DNA of 64,000 nucleotides from an uncultured virus (IMG/VR IMGVR_UViG_3300034418_007342) (taxonomy: Duplodnaviria > Heunggongvirae > Uroviricota > Caudoviricetes): the IMG/VR virus record IMGVR_UViG_3300034418_007342, positions 1 through 64,000 of that record, one strand, 5' to 3'. The translations under genes and the position numbers were made by a program. Every line of letters starts with the position of its first letter. Positions within the stretch are counted from its first letter, which is position 1. Below the pieces are notes generated by a model. The model did not search any database. It saw nothing but the letters and a program-made list of their open reading frames with translations, and had not been told where the DNA came from. Positions 51,230 to 60,416 of this stretch are shown piece after piece.

Positions 51230-51302
51230 AATTCGATTAGAAATACGGTATCGTAAAAAATTAAAAGAATTAAAGAAACGAGATCCTTTCATTTACAAAT
51301 AA
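51201..51302 (+). CDS. Small basic 33-aa peptide ending DPFIYK
   Basis: Manual translation MKWLKNIWNKIRLEIRYRKKLKELKKRDPFIYK. It fills the gap between two SGNH-like genes. Confidence 0.65.
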   Translation: MKWLKNIWNKIRLEIRYRKKLKELKKRDPFIYK

Positions 51303-51306
51303 TTAC

Positions 51307-52044
51307 ATGATAAGAAATATTCTTACATTTGGGGATAGTTTTACCTACGGCGAAGAACTGTCCGATAACAAAAGTGCCTGGCCTTATATTGTAGCAAGAA
51401 GATGTGATGCTACTGTGCAAAATTTTGCGACACCTGGAGGCAGCAATGATCAGATAGTAAGAAAATTTATAAGAGTATTATCTTCCGATAAAATACCGTT
51501 ACACAATTCTGTCCAGTTGAGTAAACAATTAATTATTATCGGTTGGAGTATTCCTGGAAGAACAGAATTCCATGACCAAGAAGGCTTTTTTGATGTATGG
51601 CCTGCTAGGTCAGGCAGGATTTGGATGGATCCTGTTTATAGTCATAGACATCAGTTAACAAAGTATGTTTCTCTTTACCACAATGACTCGTCATTCTATG
51701 AAAAATTTTTACAACAAATTATTATAGTTCAAACTCTTGCAAAGAATTATGGTTTAAAATGTCTTATGCTTAATATAATGCAAAATGACTATTATAAAAC
51801 AAAAACAGATTTTTTAACTGATCCAGATAATGGTGGTAATTCTGATATTGCATATGCAACTTTTGATGATTATGATAAAAAGATAGATAAAAAATTTTTT
51901 ATTGATTGGGGAGTCGGTGGAATGATGGAATGGGTCCCAGAAAACAGTCCCAAAGGCCCTAACGGACACTTTTTAGAACCTGGACACATAATTGTGGCAG
52001 CACACGTACATGAAGCTATTAGGAATCTCGGCTGGGTTTCATGA
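51307..52044 (+). CDS. SGNH/GDSL-like protein
   Basis: FGDSFTYGEEL, NFATPGGSNDQI, IGWS..GR and GHFLEPGH. Confidence 0.62.
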   Translation: MIRNILTFGDSFTYGEELSDNKSAWPYIVARRCDATVQNFATPGGSNDQIVRKFIRVLSSDKIPLHNSVQLSKQLIIIGWSIPGRTEFHDQEGFFDVWPARSGRIWMDPVYSHRHQLTKYVSLYHNDSSFYEKFLQQIIIVQTLAKNYGLKCLMLNIMQNDYYKTKTDFLTDPDNGGNSDIAYATFDDYDKKIDKKFFIDWGVGGMMEWVPENSPKGPNGHFLEPGHIIVAAHVHEAIRNLGWVS

Positions 52045-53500
52045 CAGTGGCGTTACTGTGATTGATGACGGTGAAATTAAGTTTGCCGCACACAGTGAAC
52101 GCTATAGTAAAAAGAAGCACGATGAACATATCAATGATCAAATTCTATGTGAAGCACTCGGTTATGGGCAACCAGACTGTTTGGCATATTATGAACGTCC
52201 ATGGCTTAAAAAGATTAGACAAATCTACAGTGGACAATACGATTTAGCATTTGACACCACAACATTAACAGTTGGTGGATATTTAAACAAGCATAGTAGT
52301 ATACGCGGCTTACAGAAAATAAAGACACATACTTACAATCATCATCTTAGCCATGCGGCTGCAGGATTTCAAACATCACCTTATAACAAGGCAACCGTTG
52401 TAGTTATTGATGCTATAGGTGAATGGGACACTATCAGCATTTGGGCAGCAGAATACGATCGAAAAGGTCAAGCACAGTATCGCAAACTTTGGCGTCAACG
52501 TTACCCACATAGCATAGGTATGTTTTACAGTGCCATGACCAAACACGTGGGTCTAAAACCCATGGACGAAGAATACATCATGATGGGCATGGCAGCATAC
52601 GGTAGAGTACATTGGGATAACTTTATGAAAGCAAGATATGTTGCCAATGAGTCTACAGCCGAATTTAAAGAAAATCTGCACATAGGTGTAAATAGTGAGG
52701 AATGGATTAGAACTGAAGATTTCGATATCGCTGCAGGCGCACAGAGTTTGACAGAAAACTTAATTTATAATATAATGCGTAAGGCAAGAGATTTTGGATT
52801 CAGCAGTAATCTTGTTTACATGGGTGGGGTGGCACTTAACTGCCTTGCAAATAGAAACTTAGGAGCGTACTTTGAAAACATTTGGATTATGCCTAATCCT
52901 GGCGATGCTGGTAGTAGCCTTGGCGCCGCTGCTTTGGCCTATGGTCATCGTGTTAGCTGGACTAATGCTTTTCTTGGCCACAATATCGCTGGGGATTATC
53001 CTACCGTTCGTGCCCTTGATGCTCTTACTACAGATAAAATAGTAGGCATTGCATCTGGCAGAGCAGAATTTGGACCCAGAGCACTGGGTAATCGTAGTCT
53101 GCTTGCTGATCCCAGAGGACCTGATATCAAAGATAAGGTCAACGAAATAAAGCGCCGCCAAAAGTTTCGTCCATTTGCTCCAGTTATTTTGGAAGAACAA
53201 GCACAAGAATATTTCCATATGCCGCCGGGTTTTTCGAACAGTAGATATATGCAGGCTACTGCTTACTGTAGACATCCTGAACAATTTCCTGCTATAATAC
53301 ACCATGACGGTTCAAGCCGTGTCCAAACTGTGCCTGCTGATGGTACGGGTATTAGAGAGTTATTAGAAAAATGGTTTGTGTTAACGGGTTGTCCGATGTT
53401 ATTGAATACCAGTTTAAACATCAGAGGCGAGCCCATGGTCAACGACAGAGCAGATGCAGACAGGTTTGAACGACTATACGGAATTCGAGTTTTATCATGA
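52010..53500 (+). CDS. O-carbamoyltransferase (NodU/CmcH/TobZ family)
   Basis: LGISAGFHDS, HHLSHAA, DAIGE, GGVALNC, GDAGSSLG, EFGPRALGNRS, FRPFAP and LLNTSLN. Start placed at ATG 52010. Confidence 0.93.
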   Translation: MKLLGISAGFHDSGVTVIDDGEIKFAAHSERYSKKKHDEHINDQILCEALGYGQPDCLAYYERPWLKKIRQIYSGQYDLAFDTTTLTVGGYLNKHSSIRGLQKIKTHTYNHHLSHAAAGFQTSPYNKATVVVIDAIGEWDTISIWAAEYDRKGQAQYRKLWRQRYPHSIGMFYSAMTKHVGLKPMDEEYIMMGMAAYGRVHWDNFMKARYVANESTAEFKENLHIGVNSEEWIRTEDFDIAAGAQSLTENLIYNIMRKARDFGFSSNLVYMGGVALNCLANRNLGAYFENIWIMPNPGDAGSSLGAAALAYGHRVSWTNAFLGHNIAGDYPTVRALDALTTDKIVGIASGRAEFGPRALGNRSLLADPRGPDIKDKVNEIKRRQKFRPFAPVILEEQAQEYFHMPPGFSNSRYMQATAYCRHPEQFPAIIHHDGSSRVQTVPADGTGIRELLEKWFVLTGCPMLLNTSLNIRGEPMVNDRADADRFERLYGIRVLS

Positions 53501-53934
53501 AAGAAAAACATAAACAGGCCTTTATGCGAACAGCAGAAGTATTTGCAGAATGTAGTACTGCTGTTCGTGCTAAAGTAGGTGCAATCATTGTCAAGGACGA
53601 CAGGATTATCAGTATTGGTTACAATGGTATGCCGTCAGGTTGGGATAACACCTGCGAAAACTTTGTAGGCTATGACAAAGGCGGCGAAGAAAGACTAAAC
53701 ACCAAGCCAGAGGTACTACATGCAGAAACAAACGCAATCGCTAAGTTGGCAAAAAGCACGGAAAGTGGTGATGGTGCTGTATTGTTTATTACTCATAGCC
53801 CGTGTTTGGACTGTGCAAAACTTGTTTATCAAAGTGGAATTCACAGTGTTTACTATCGCAGTCATTATCGTGATACTGCTGGAATTGAATTCCTTAAGAA
53901 ATCTGGAGTCCGAGTAGAACAGTTAGATGTTTGA
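53497..53934 (+). CDS. dCMP deaminase
   Basis: VGAIIV, SIGYNG, HAETNAI and SPCLDC zinc motifs. Confidence 0.9.
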   Translation: MKEKHKQAFMRTAEVFAECSTAVRAKVGAIIVKDDRIISIGYNGMPSGWDNTCENFVGYDKGGEERLNTKPEVLHAETNAIAKLAKSTESGDGAVLFITHSPCLDCAKLVYQSGIHSVYYRSHYRDTAGIEFLKKSGVRVEQLDV

Positions 53935-55750
53935 CGTATTTTATCAAGACCGTAAACCCAATCTTTTTGCATTTGAACAGCCTGCTGCAAGTTTAGAACA
54001 AGCGGCTGAACTGAGTCGTACTGAATACTTTTGGTACATACACGGCAATAACGATTATACAGGCTTTGACTTCGAATGGCAACCTCCACCATGGGAACGT
54101 GATCATGTACATGTATTTGCCAGTCAATGGCAACGTAATGCGGATGTTTACTTTGCTCGCAAGTGGACTGCTGGTAATCGAGAATGGCACTTCAGACAGG
54201 AACAGTCAGTTCGGCGTTTAGTGGACATGACCAAATGGTCTGTGCCCGAGTTGTGTGATACCGCAGATTTTGATTTTAGTTGGCATCCTGACACCATTGA
54301 ACCCGACTACGAATATAGATTTCCCACACAACACCAACGTGAAGGCGGACCTATATACAACGGCACTGCTGGTATAAAATATTCAAATAGCCAAAAGGTC
54401 CGTGCAAATGCTACACAGATATTTTACATGGATTTTCTTGATCCTGGCAGCGCAGAACGATACCAAAAACTGCAAGTACTGTATCCTGACATTAAACGAA
54501 CTAGATATGTGGATAATCATTTAACAGTTTTCAAACGTATCGTCAACTTAGCCACAACAGAGTTTGTTTGGATTACCAGCAGCATTTGTGATTACACAGA
54601 TTTTGACTTTACTTGGCATCCAGAAGAAAGTCAACGTGAAATGATTCACTGCTTTTACAGCGAAAGCCAAAAACGTGGTGATACATTTTTGATACATGTG
54701 CAAAGTTTTAAAAATCAAATGTATGATTTGGAGTTATTAGATTGGTTTAATGTAATCAATTATGTCGACACATTTCGTGTGCCCAGAGTAGAAATGCCTG
54801 TACATTATTATCAAGGTGATAATTTAGTTTCGGAAGTAAAGAACTATCAATTCACTGCACCATACGCTCTGTTTACCAATCAACCAAATCTTTATACTCA
54901 TTGGCATCCTTGCCTTTGGACCGAAAAAGATCGTATTGCAACAGCATTTAGCACTAGCAAGGCGGTGTGTGCCATACCCCGTGATGTAAAGGCACATTTA
55001 CGCACACAAATCTACGATTATCCCCACGTAGAGGACCGAGACGTACACTTTTTCGCTGAAGAACCGTTGGATATTATCTATATCAGTAATGGCGAACCCG
55101 ACGAACAATTTTATTTTGATTGGCTACAGGCCTGTGTCAATCCCAGTAGGCGTTACGTTGTAAAATGGGTTCGAGGTGTGAATGGTAGAACACAGGCCTA
55201 TCAGGCTGCTGCCCGAATGAGCGAAACTCCCTGGTTCTTTGCAATATTTGCCAAATTAAAAGCAGATCGAGATTTCGATTGGCGCTGGCAACCGGATTAT
55301 TGGCAACAGCCCAAGCACTATATTTTCCATGCACGTAATCCTATAAACGGTTTGGAGTATGGGCATCAAGCCATAATTGCTTATAACAAAAAATTAGTTT
55401 TGGCTAATAATGATCCAGGGTTAGATTTTACACTAACACAAGAACACGAAGTGGTTCCTATACTAAGTGGCGAAGCCATGTTTAACCAAAGTGCTTGGAT
55501 GACATGGCGTACTGCTTTCCGTGAAGTATTAAAACTACAGCAGTTTCAAGAGCAAACACCTACTGTAGAAAACAAACATAGACTAAACACTTGGTTGACC
55601 AAAGCCACTGGCCAGTACAGTGAATACTGCTTAAAAGGCGCACAAGATGCAGTCGATTATTATCGTGAAGTCAGTGGTGACTACGATAAACTAAAACTCA
55701 GTTACGATTGGCAGTGGTTACAAGAACGCTTTAACGCAGGTAACCCTTAA
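53927..55750 (+). CDS. Repeat protein of degenerate GT-like domains, C-terminal domain paralogous to 37659..38576
   Basis: Four FDF/W-x-W-x-P motifs. C-terminal IIYISNGEP...GVNGR..AY.AAA..SET...NGLEYG...WRTAFRE. Confidence 0.6.
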   Translation: MFDVFYQDRKPNLFAFEQPAASLEQAAELSRTEYFWYIHGNNDYTGFDFEWQPPPWERDHVHVFASQWQRNADVYFARKWTAGNREWHFRQEQSVRRLVDMTKWSVPELCDTADFDFSWHPDTIEPDYEYRFPTQHQREGGPIYNGTAGIKYSNSQKVRANATQIFYMDFLDPGSAERYQKLQVLYPDIKRTRYVDNHLTVFKRIVNLATTEFVWITSSICDYTDFDFTWHPEESQREMIHCFYSESQKRGDTFLIHVQSFKNQMYDLELLDWFNVINYVDTFRVPRVEMPVHYYQGDNLVSEVKNYQFTAPYALFTNQPNLYTHWHPCLWTEKDRIATAFSTSKAVCAIPRDVKAHLRTQIYDYPHVEDRDVHFFAEEPLDIIYISNGEPDEQFYFDWLQACVNPSRRYVVKWVRGVNGRTQAYQAAARMSETPWFFAIFAKLKADRDFDWRWQPDYWQQPKHYIFHARNPINGLEYGHQAIIAYNKKLVLANNDPGLDFTLTQEHEVVPILSGEAMFNQSAWMTWRTAFREVLKLQQFQEQTPTVENKHRLNTWLTKATGQYSEYCLKGAQDAVDYYREVSGDYDKLKLSYDWQWLQERFNAGNP

Positions 55751-56837
55751 CTGTACTAACTACACGTTCTACTTCCGTATCTTCCATTTCTGGATAGATA
55801 GGTAAACTCAAACATTCAACACAGAACGCACTGGCTTCCCTGTATAACTCTGCTACGTAGTTAATATAGGGATAGCCCACAGGATATTCGTATAAAGGAC
55901 GTTCGTAGTGTACCTTTACTTCAATGCCTCTGGTAGTCATGTGTTTAAGTAAGCCACTACGGTCCACAGTTTTAATTACATACTTGTGCCAAGCATGTTC
56001 TGCACCTTCAGTTACTCGAGGTGTGTCTACAATGTCCCGAAGTTCTTGTGTATAGTAATTGGCTATCTGTTGGCGTCTTCGCTGCCACTGATCAAAATGC
56101 TCTAACTTAACCAACATTTGAGCGCAGTCTACTTCTGACATTTTACTGTTAGTGCCAGTTATGTCATGACTGTTGGTTTTGCCGTTGTCTCTGTAGTCAC
56201 GTATGGTTTTGGCATCTGCCAAATTGTCCACTAACACCATGCCACCTGATCCATAGTTGGGCAAGTTCTTTGTAGGATCAAAACTTAAAATGCTTACGTC
56301 TCCAAGACAGCCACTGGGCATGCCCCGATAACTTGCACCAAAACTCTGTGCAGCATCCTCGATAATTTTTATGTCTTTATTAAAAAATCTACAGATGTTG
56401 TAGAATCTGTCGTAGTCAACAACGTTGCCAAATATGTTTACGTACATTACTGCCTGTATGCCGGCAGCATCTATGGCATAGTCCATACTTTCCAAATTTA
56501 TCAGTGCTTGATCATCTGTGTCGCATAACACAGGTGTGTTGCCGTTTAATAACACAGCGTTTATTGTAGCAATAAAACTAATTGTAGGAATAATAATCTT
56601 TACAGGTTCTTGAAACAACAGTTGTTGTGCAAATACTAAAGCCTGTGTGCCGCTGCCTACTGCTACTGCATAACGTCTATGGCAACGTTTTGCTATTTCC
56701 TGTTCAAACTTTTGAGTATAGTCACCGTCCAGCATTTGTCCACTGGTGTAGACCTGATCTGTTACTGCTAACAGTTCTTCACGTAGGTTTTGATATTGAC
56801 GTGCTACGCCGGTAAAAGGGATAATTTGTGTTGCCAA
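55731..56837 (-). CDS. DegT/DnrJ/EryC1/StrS family PLP-dependent sugar aminotransferase
   Basis: GSGTQAL, IIEDAAQSFG, SFDPTKNL (PLP lysine), GTNSKM and LSLPIYP. Confidence 0.92.
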   Translation of the reverse strand: MATQIIPFTGVARQYQNLREELLAVTDQVYTSGQMLDGDYTQKFEQEIAKRCHRRYAVAVGSGTQALVFAQQLLFQEPVKIIIPTISFIATINAVLLNGNTPVLCDTDDQALINLESMDYAIDAAGIQAVMYVNIFGNVVDYDRFYNICRFFNKDIKIIEDAAQSFGASYRGMPSGCLGDVSILSFDPTKNLPNYGSGGMVLVDNLADAKTIRDYRDNGKTNSHDITGTNSKMSEVDCAQMLVKLEHFDQWQRRRQQIANYYTQELRDIVDTPRVTEGAEHAWHKYVIKTVDRSGLLKHMTTRGIEVKVHYERPLYEYPVGYPYINYVAELYREASAFCVECLSLPIYPEMEDTEVERVVSTVKGYLR

Positions 56838-57802
56838 AATTTACTTCCTACTAACCAAGCGTGATATCGTTCAAAACCTTGTTCTACATCTACTGTGGGG
56901 AAATAGCCTAAGTCTGCCTGTGCTCGTTCAATACTAAGTCTACCACGTTTGGGAAAGTTTAAGTCTCTATCTTGAACTTCGTAACTGCCACGACCTACAA
57001 TATCTATACAAAGTTGGGCAGCACCCTCTAACGTTAGCGCAATGGGATTACTGCGTGTGATGTTATAGATGTTGCCATTGGCTTTGGATTCTAATGCCGC
57101 CAATGCAATTCCTTTGGCAGTGTCGTCGACGTGTGTAAAGTCTAATACTTCCTGTGCGCCTTGTACTTGTAAGGTCTTGCCCTGTAATGCACTTAGCATG
57201 AACTTGCTGACTACTCTGTCGTCGACATCCAATTCACCATAGACTGCACTGGGACGAACAATAACATAGTCCATGCCTATGCGGCGTGCATAGTCTGCTA
57301 CAATTTGTTCGCCCGCTAATTTCATAATAGCGTACTGACCTTGTGGCGTACACTGTGCAGTTTCTGTGACAAAGTCTTGTTCAAAATCTCCATAGACCAT
57401 ACTGGAACTAATGTAGACAAACTTCTTTACACAATGATTTTTGCACTCTTCCAATAAGTTAATTAAACCAGTGATCATTACTTCACTGCCTACCACAGGA
57501 TTTTGTAGTACTACACGCTGTCTAGGAAAACTGGCAAGGTGTACTACCATCTTAGGGTGGAATGCCAACATCATATCTGAAATGCCTTTGCGATTTCTAA
57601 TATCAATGTTGTGTGTGTTACATCTTACTTTGCGTTTGCGTTCACGCTTTAAGTATTCAAGTTCATCTTTAGGAATAAAATTGTAATTGGTAAAACTGTC
57701 TATACCAAAACATGTATGTCCTTCTTGTTCTAGATATTTTACAACATTATGTCCAATGAATCCACTGGCACCAGTTACTAATACGTTCAATTGTTGCCCC
57801 AC
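56804..57802 (-). CDS. NAD-dependent NDP-sugar epimerase/dehydratase
   Basis: VTGASGFIG, YISSSMVYG, YAIMK (YxxxK) and DFTHVDD. The true start may be the TTG at 57790. Confidence 0.92.
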   Translation of the reverse strand: MGQQLNVLVTGASGFIGHNVVKYLEQEGHTCFGIDSFTNYNFIPKDELEYLKRERKRKVRCNTHNIDIRNRKGISDMMLAFHPKMVVHLASFPRQRVVLQNPVVGSEVMITGLINLLEECKNHCVKKFVYISSSMVYGDFEQDFVTETAQCTPQGQYAIMKLAGEQIVADYARRIGMDYVIVRPSAVYGELDVDDRVVSKFMLSALQGKTLQVQGAQEVLDFTHVDDTAKGIALAALESKANGNIYNITRSNPIALTLEGAAQLCIDIVGRGSYEVQDRDLNFPKRGRLSIERAQADLGYFPTVDVEQGFERYHAWLVGSKFWQHKLSLLPA

Positions 57803-58035
57803 TTTAATTGAAAAAACGTAGCGTCTTCGTCTGATAGGATAGCTTCTACTCTACATCGGTAACCATAAGTTAACATACAATGTCCTATGTAAAACACAGG
57901 TCGTTCTACAGCATGCTCCATAACCCATTGTCCTTGTTCTGTTTCTTTTTCCCAGCGATACAAAGGTTCAGCCACATAAATTTCCGGGTCTTCTACATCG
58001 CCCATTGGAAATTCATAGACTTTAAGTTTTATCAT
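57787..58035 (-). CDS. Hypothetical phage protein
   Basis: Start placed at ATG 58035 (ATGA overlap with the thyA stop): [25 protein letters not shown]...[11 protein letters not shown]. Confidence 0.65.
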   Translation of the reverse strand: MIKLKVYEFPMGDVEDPEIYVAEPLYRWEKETEQGQWVMEHAVERPVFYIGHCMLTYGYRCRVEAILSDEDATFFQLKWGNN

Positions 58036-58931
58036 ACTGCCATGTCTGCTCGAATCGGGGGGTGTGAGGTATAGCCAATGAGCTCGATATCCTCCATACC
58101 GAATGAATCTATCGTCTTGCATTCTGAATTTAGTTTTAGATGTGGAGCAGGTAATGGTTCACGCTCTAATTGTTCTTTTACTTGCTCTACATGGTTTAGG
58201 TATATATGTGCGTCGCCCAGCACGTGAACGAACTCTCCAACCGCTAAATCGCACACTTGTGCAATCATGTGCGTTAGTAAGGCATAAGACGCAATATTAA
58301 AAGGCACGCCTAAAAACATGTCACAACTGCGTTGATACATTTGGCAACTAAGTTTACCATCTGCAACATAGAACTGACTGAACACGTGGCAAGGAGGTAG
58401 TGCCATATCATCTAGTTCTGCTGGATTCCATGCAGTTAAAATATGTCTACGTCCATTAGGATCCTTTTTAATACCCTCAATCAAGTTTGCTAATTGATCT
58501 ACTTCACGATACACTAACTTACTGGGACCATCAAATACTTGATCCTTGGCTTGCCAATGACGCCATTGTACTCCATAGACTCTGCCTAGGTCTCCTTCAA
58601 ACTGTGGACCTCGGGGCGGAAACTTTTTGTATTTGTTTGTCCAATACGGAGCTGTGGCATTGGCAGTCCAGATGGTTGTCTTTTCAGACGCTCTACTACC
58701 ATGTAGTATCTCTCGTAGACGATTTTCGTCCCCTGAACCTTCAATGAACCACAGCAACTCTGAAACTACGCTCTTCCAGGCCAGTTTCTTTGTAGTGACA
58801 GCAGGAAAACCGTCAGCCAAGTTGTAGCGTTGTTGCATGCCAAACACACTGACAGTACCTGTACCTGTACGGTCTGTTTTAGTTACGCCATTGTCTAAAA
58901 CAAACCGGAGTGCATCTAAATAAGTTTTCAT
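58032..58931 (-). CDS. thyA: Thymidylate synthase (ThyA type)
   Basis: [27 protein letters not shown] and [18 protein letters not shown]. Start placed at ATG 58931 (MKTYLDAL). Confidence 0.95.
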   Translation of the reverse strand: MKTYLDALRFVLDNGVTKTDRTGTGTVSVFGMQQRYNLADGFPAVTTKKLAWKSVVSELLWFIEGSGDENRLREILHGSRASEKTTIWTANATAPYWTNKYKKFPPRGPQFEGDLGRVYGVQWRHWQAKDQVFDGPSKLVYREVDQLANLIEGIKKDPNGRRHILTAWNPAELDDMALPPCHVFSQFYVADGKLSCQMYQRSCDMFLGVPFNIASYALLTHMIAQVCDLAVGEFVHVLGDAHIYLNHVEQVKEQLEREPLPAPHLKLNSECKTIDSFGMEDIELIGYTSHPPIRADMAV

Positions 58932-58937
58932 AACTGT

Positions 58938-58967
58938 ATTATACTGACAAGGGCCTGAAAATGTCAA
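58938..58967 (-). promoter_or_regulatory. sigma70 promoter for thyA inside the DHFR 3' end (predicted leaderless)
   Basis: Minus strand reads TTGACA-N18-TATAAT-N6-ATG(58931). Confidence 0.7.
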
Positions 58968-59445
58968 CGTTTTTGTAAACAGTCCAAGTACATTTTCCGT
59001 CTTGACTGGGCCAAGCACCCATTGCTCGCATCATCAAAGTCATCTTACGCATGTCTATTTTGACATCACTTTTGAATTGACTTTTGAAATGAGTAACGTG
59101 CATTTCGTCAATAATGTCTTTACAGGAGAGGATAATCTCAGGACCACCGATTATCCAAATGTGCTTATTGGGATGACGTTTTTGCAGTAACGGAACTTGC
59201 TCGACTAAATTACCCTTGACTGTGCCGGCAGTATAAAGTGGACGATTGGTTGCTACATACGTTATTCGATTTTTCAAAGGCTTAGGCATTTTAGGATCAT
59301 CGTATGTACGTCTGCCCATTACTACAACATGTCCTTCTGTTTGCTTTTTAAAATACTGCATGTCTTCACTGTGGTGCGGCCATGGGAGGCTACCTCGGAA
59401 TCCCATGCCACCCCAGGTGTCGACGGCAAATATTGCTTTAATCAT
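58939..59445 (-). CDS. folA: Dihydrofolate reductase
   Basis: AIFA...GMG..GSLPW...[20 protein letters not shown] and IIGG. Confidence 0.9.
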   Translation of the reverse strand: MIKAIFAVDTWGGMGFRGSLPWPHHSEDMQYFKKQTEGHVVVMGRRTYDDPKMPKPLKNRITYVATNRPLYTAGTVKGNLVEQVPLLQKRHPNKHIWIIGGPEIILSCKDIIDEMHVTHFKSQFKSDVKIDMRKMTLMMRAMGAWPSQDGKCTWTVYKNVDIFRPLSV

Positions 59446-59771
59446 AAGTTAGAAAGTATTCTATCTGTCTCGGGCTGGATTGCCTGCTCAACCAGATCTA
59501 CATCAACATAGAAATCTACATTAGCAATATATTGATCAAGTTCTTCTAATTTTTTACTAACATGGTGCTCGATCTCATCGGGATCGGCACCTTCAGATAA
59601 TATATGTTTGATATCAATATTTACTTCAGTGCCATCTTTAAGATGTACTATTAAACGTTCTAATACGTGTACCGGTACTTCTTTTTTCTCTACGTCCTTG
59701 AGAATCTCACGCCATGCTTTTTTATTGTTTAAGTTAAGCCGTTTTGGCTTTGGCTTTTTTCCTTGGGGCAT
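59442..59771 (-). CDS. Hypothetical phage protein
   Basis: Coupled ORF, start placed at MPQGKK (59771), containing WREILKDVEKKEVP. Confidence 0.6.
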   Translation of the reverse strand: MPQGKKPKPKRLNLNNKKAWREILKDVEKKEVPVHVLERLIVHLKDGTEVNIDIKHILSEGADPDEIEHHVSKKLEELDQYIANVDFYVDVDLVEQAIQPETDRILSNL

Positions 59772-60405
59772 TCTTTGTCTCACCGGAAAGATTAGCAGCC
59801 TCTGCCATTAAACGCTCAGACTCTGCAAGTAATTGTTTTGCTTCTGCGGCCATCTTCATTGCCTGTGCTCTACGTTGCGTAGCAATTTGATCATCGCTTA
59901 AGAAGTCTGTGGCATTTGCGGTTCCTTGTACTTGTGCAGGTTGAGCACTTCCAGGAGGAGCACGTAGTTCGCCCACGTCCTGGCCTTCATTGGTTCTCCT
60001 TCGAGTTACCATTCCTGCATTGGCATCTAAGTCAGCCATTTCTTTAATGGCTTCTTCGCCAAGAGCCATTTTGTCAAGGATAGCATTTAGTTCATCTAGT
60101 CTAACATTTGATGTTGCAGTTGGAGTAACAATAACTTGATTGGTAGGAACTTTTTTGATCATTGCTTCGGAGTGCAATGTTTGTAATGCATTGTTGCCGT
60201 CTCGCAAAGTATACCTAAATAAGTAATCACTGAACTCTTTTGCTTGTTGTCCTGAATCAGATTCCAGTGCTTGCATGATGTCATCATGAATATGTACAGG
60301 TAATGCATCTGGATATGTGACTAGACACATATGATCCTCTTCTGGTACTTTTCTATATAGAATAACAACTTTGCGGCTGTTATGTTTACCGACGTGCTTA
60401 ATCAT
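59734..60405 (-). CDS. Hypothetical phage protein with coiled-coil, basic C-terminus
   Basis: AAGGA SD before the ATG. MIKHVGKH...KKVPTNQVIVTP...LDELN. Confidence 0.7.
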   Translation of the reverse strand: MIKHVGKHNSRKVVILYRKVPEEDHMCLVTYPDALPVHIHDDIMQALESDSGQQAKEFSDYLFRYTLRDGNNALQTLHSEAMIKKVPTNQVIVTPTATSNVRLDELNAILDKMALGEEAIKEMADLDANAGMVTRRRTNEGQDVGELRAPPGSAQPAQVQGTANATDFLSDDQIATQRRAQAMKMAAEAKQLLAESERLMAEAANLSGETKNAPRKKAKAKTA

Positions 60406-60416
60406 AAAAATATCCT

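Noticed and set aside
38570..51302. RiPP (peptide-modifying rSAM/SPASM) cluster
   Set aside because: There is no recognisable PqqD/RRE domain, peptidase or exporter, and the neighbours are sugar enzymes. It remains only a minor alternative.
55731..55750. 20-bp overlap of convergent genes as a regulatory feature
   Set aside because: This is common in compact phage genomes, and I saw no further structure.
58032..59018. ThyA as a dCMP hydroxymethylase, and the track's extended start at 59018
   Set aside because: The canonical Asn in PFNIASY indicates a dUMP enzyme. The extension overlaps DHFR, whereas ATG 58931 matches the usual ThyA start and has its own promoter.
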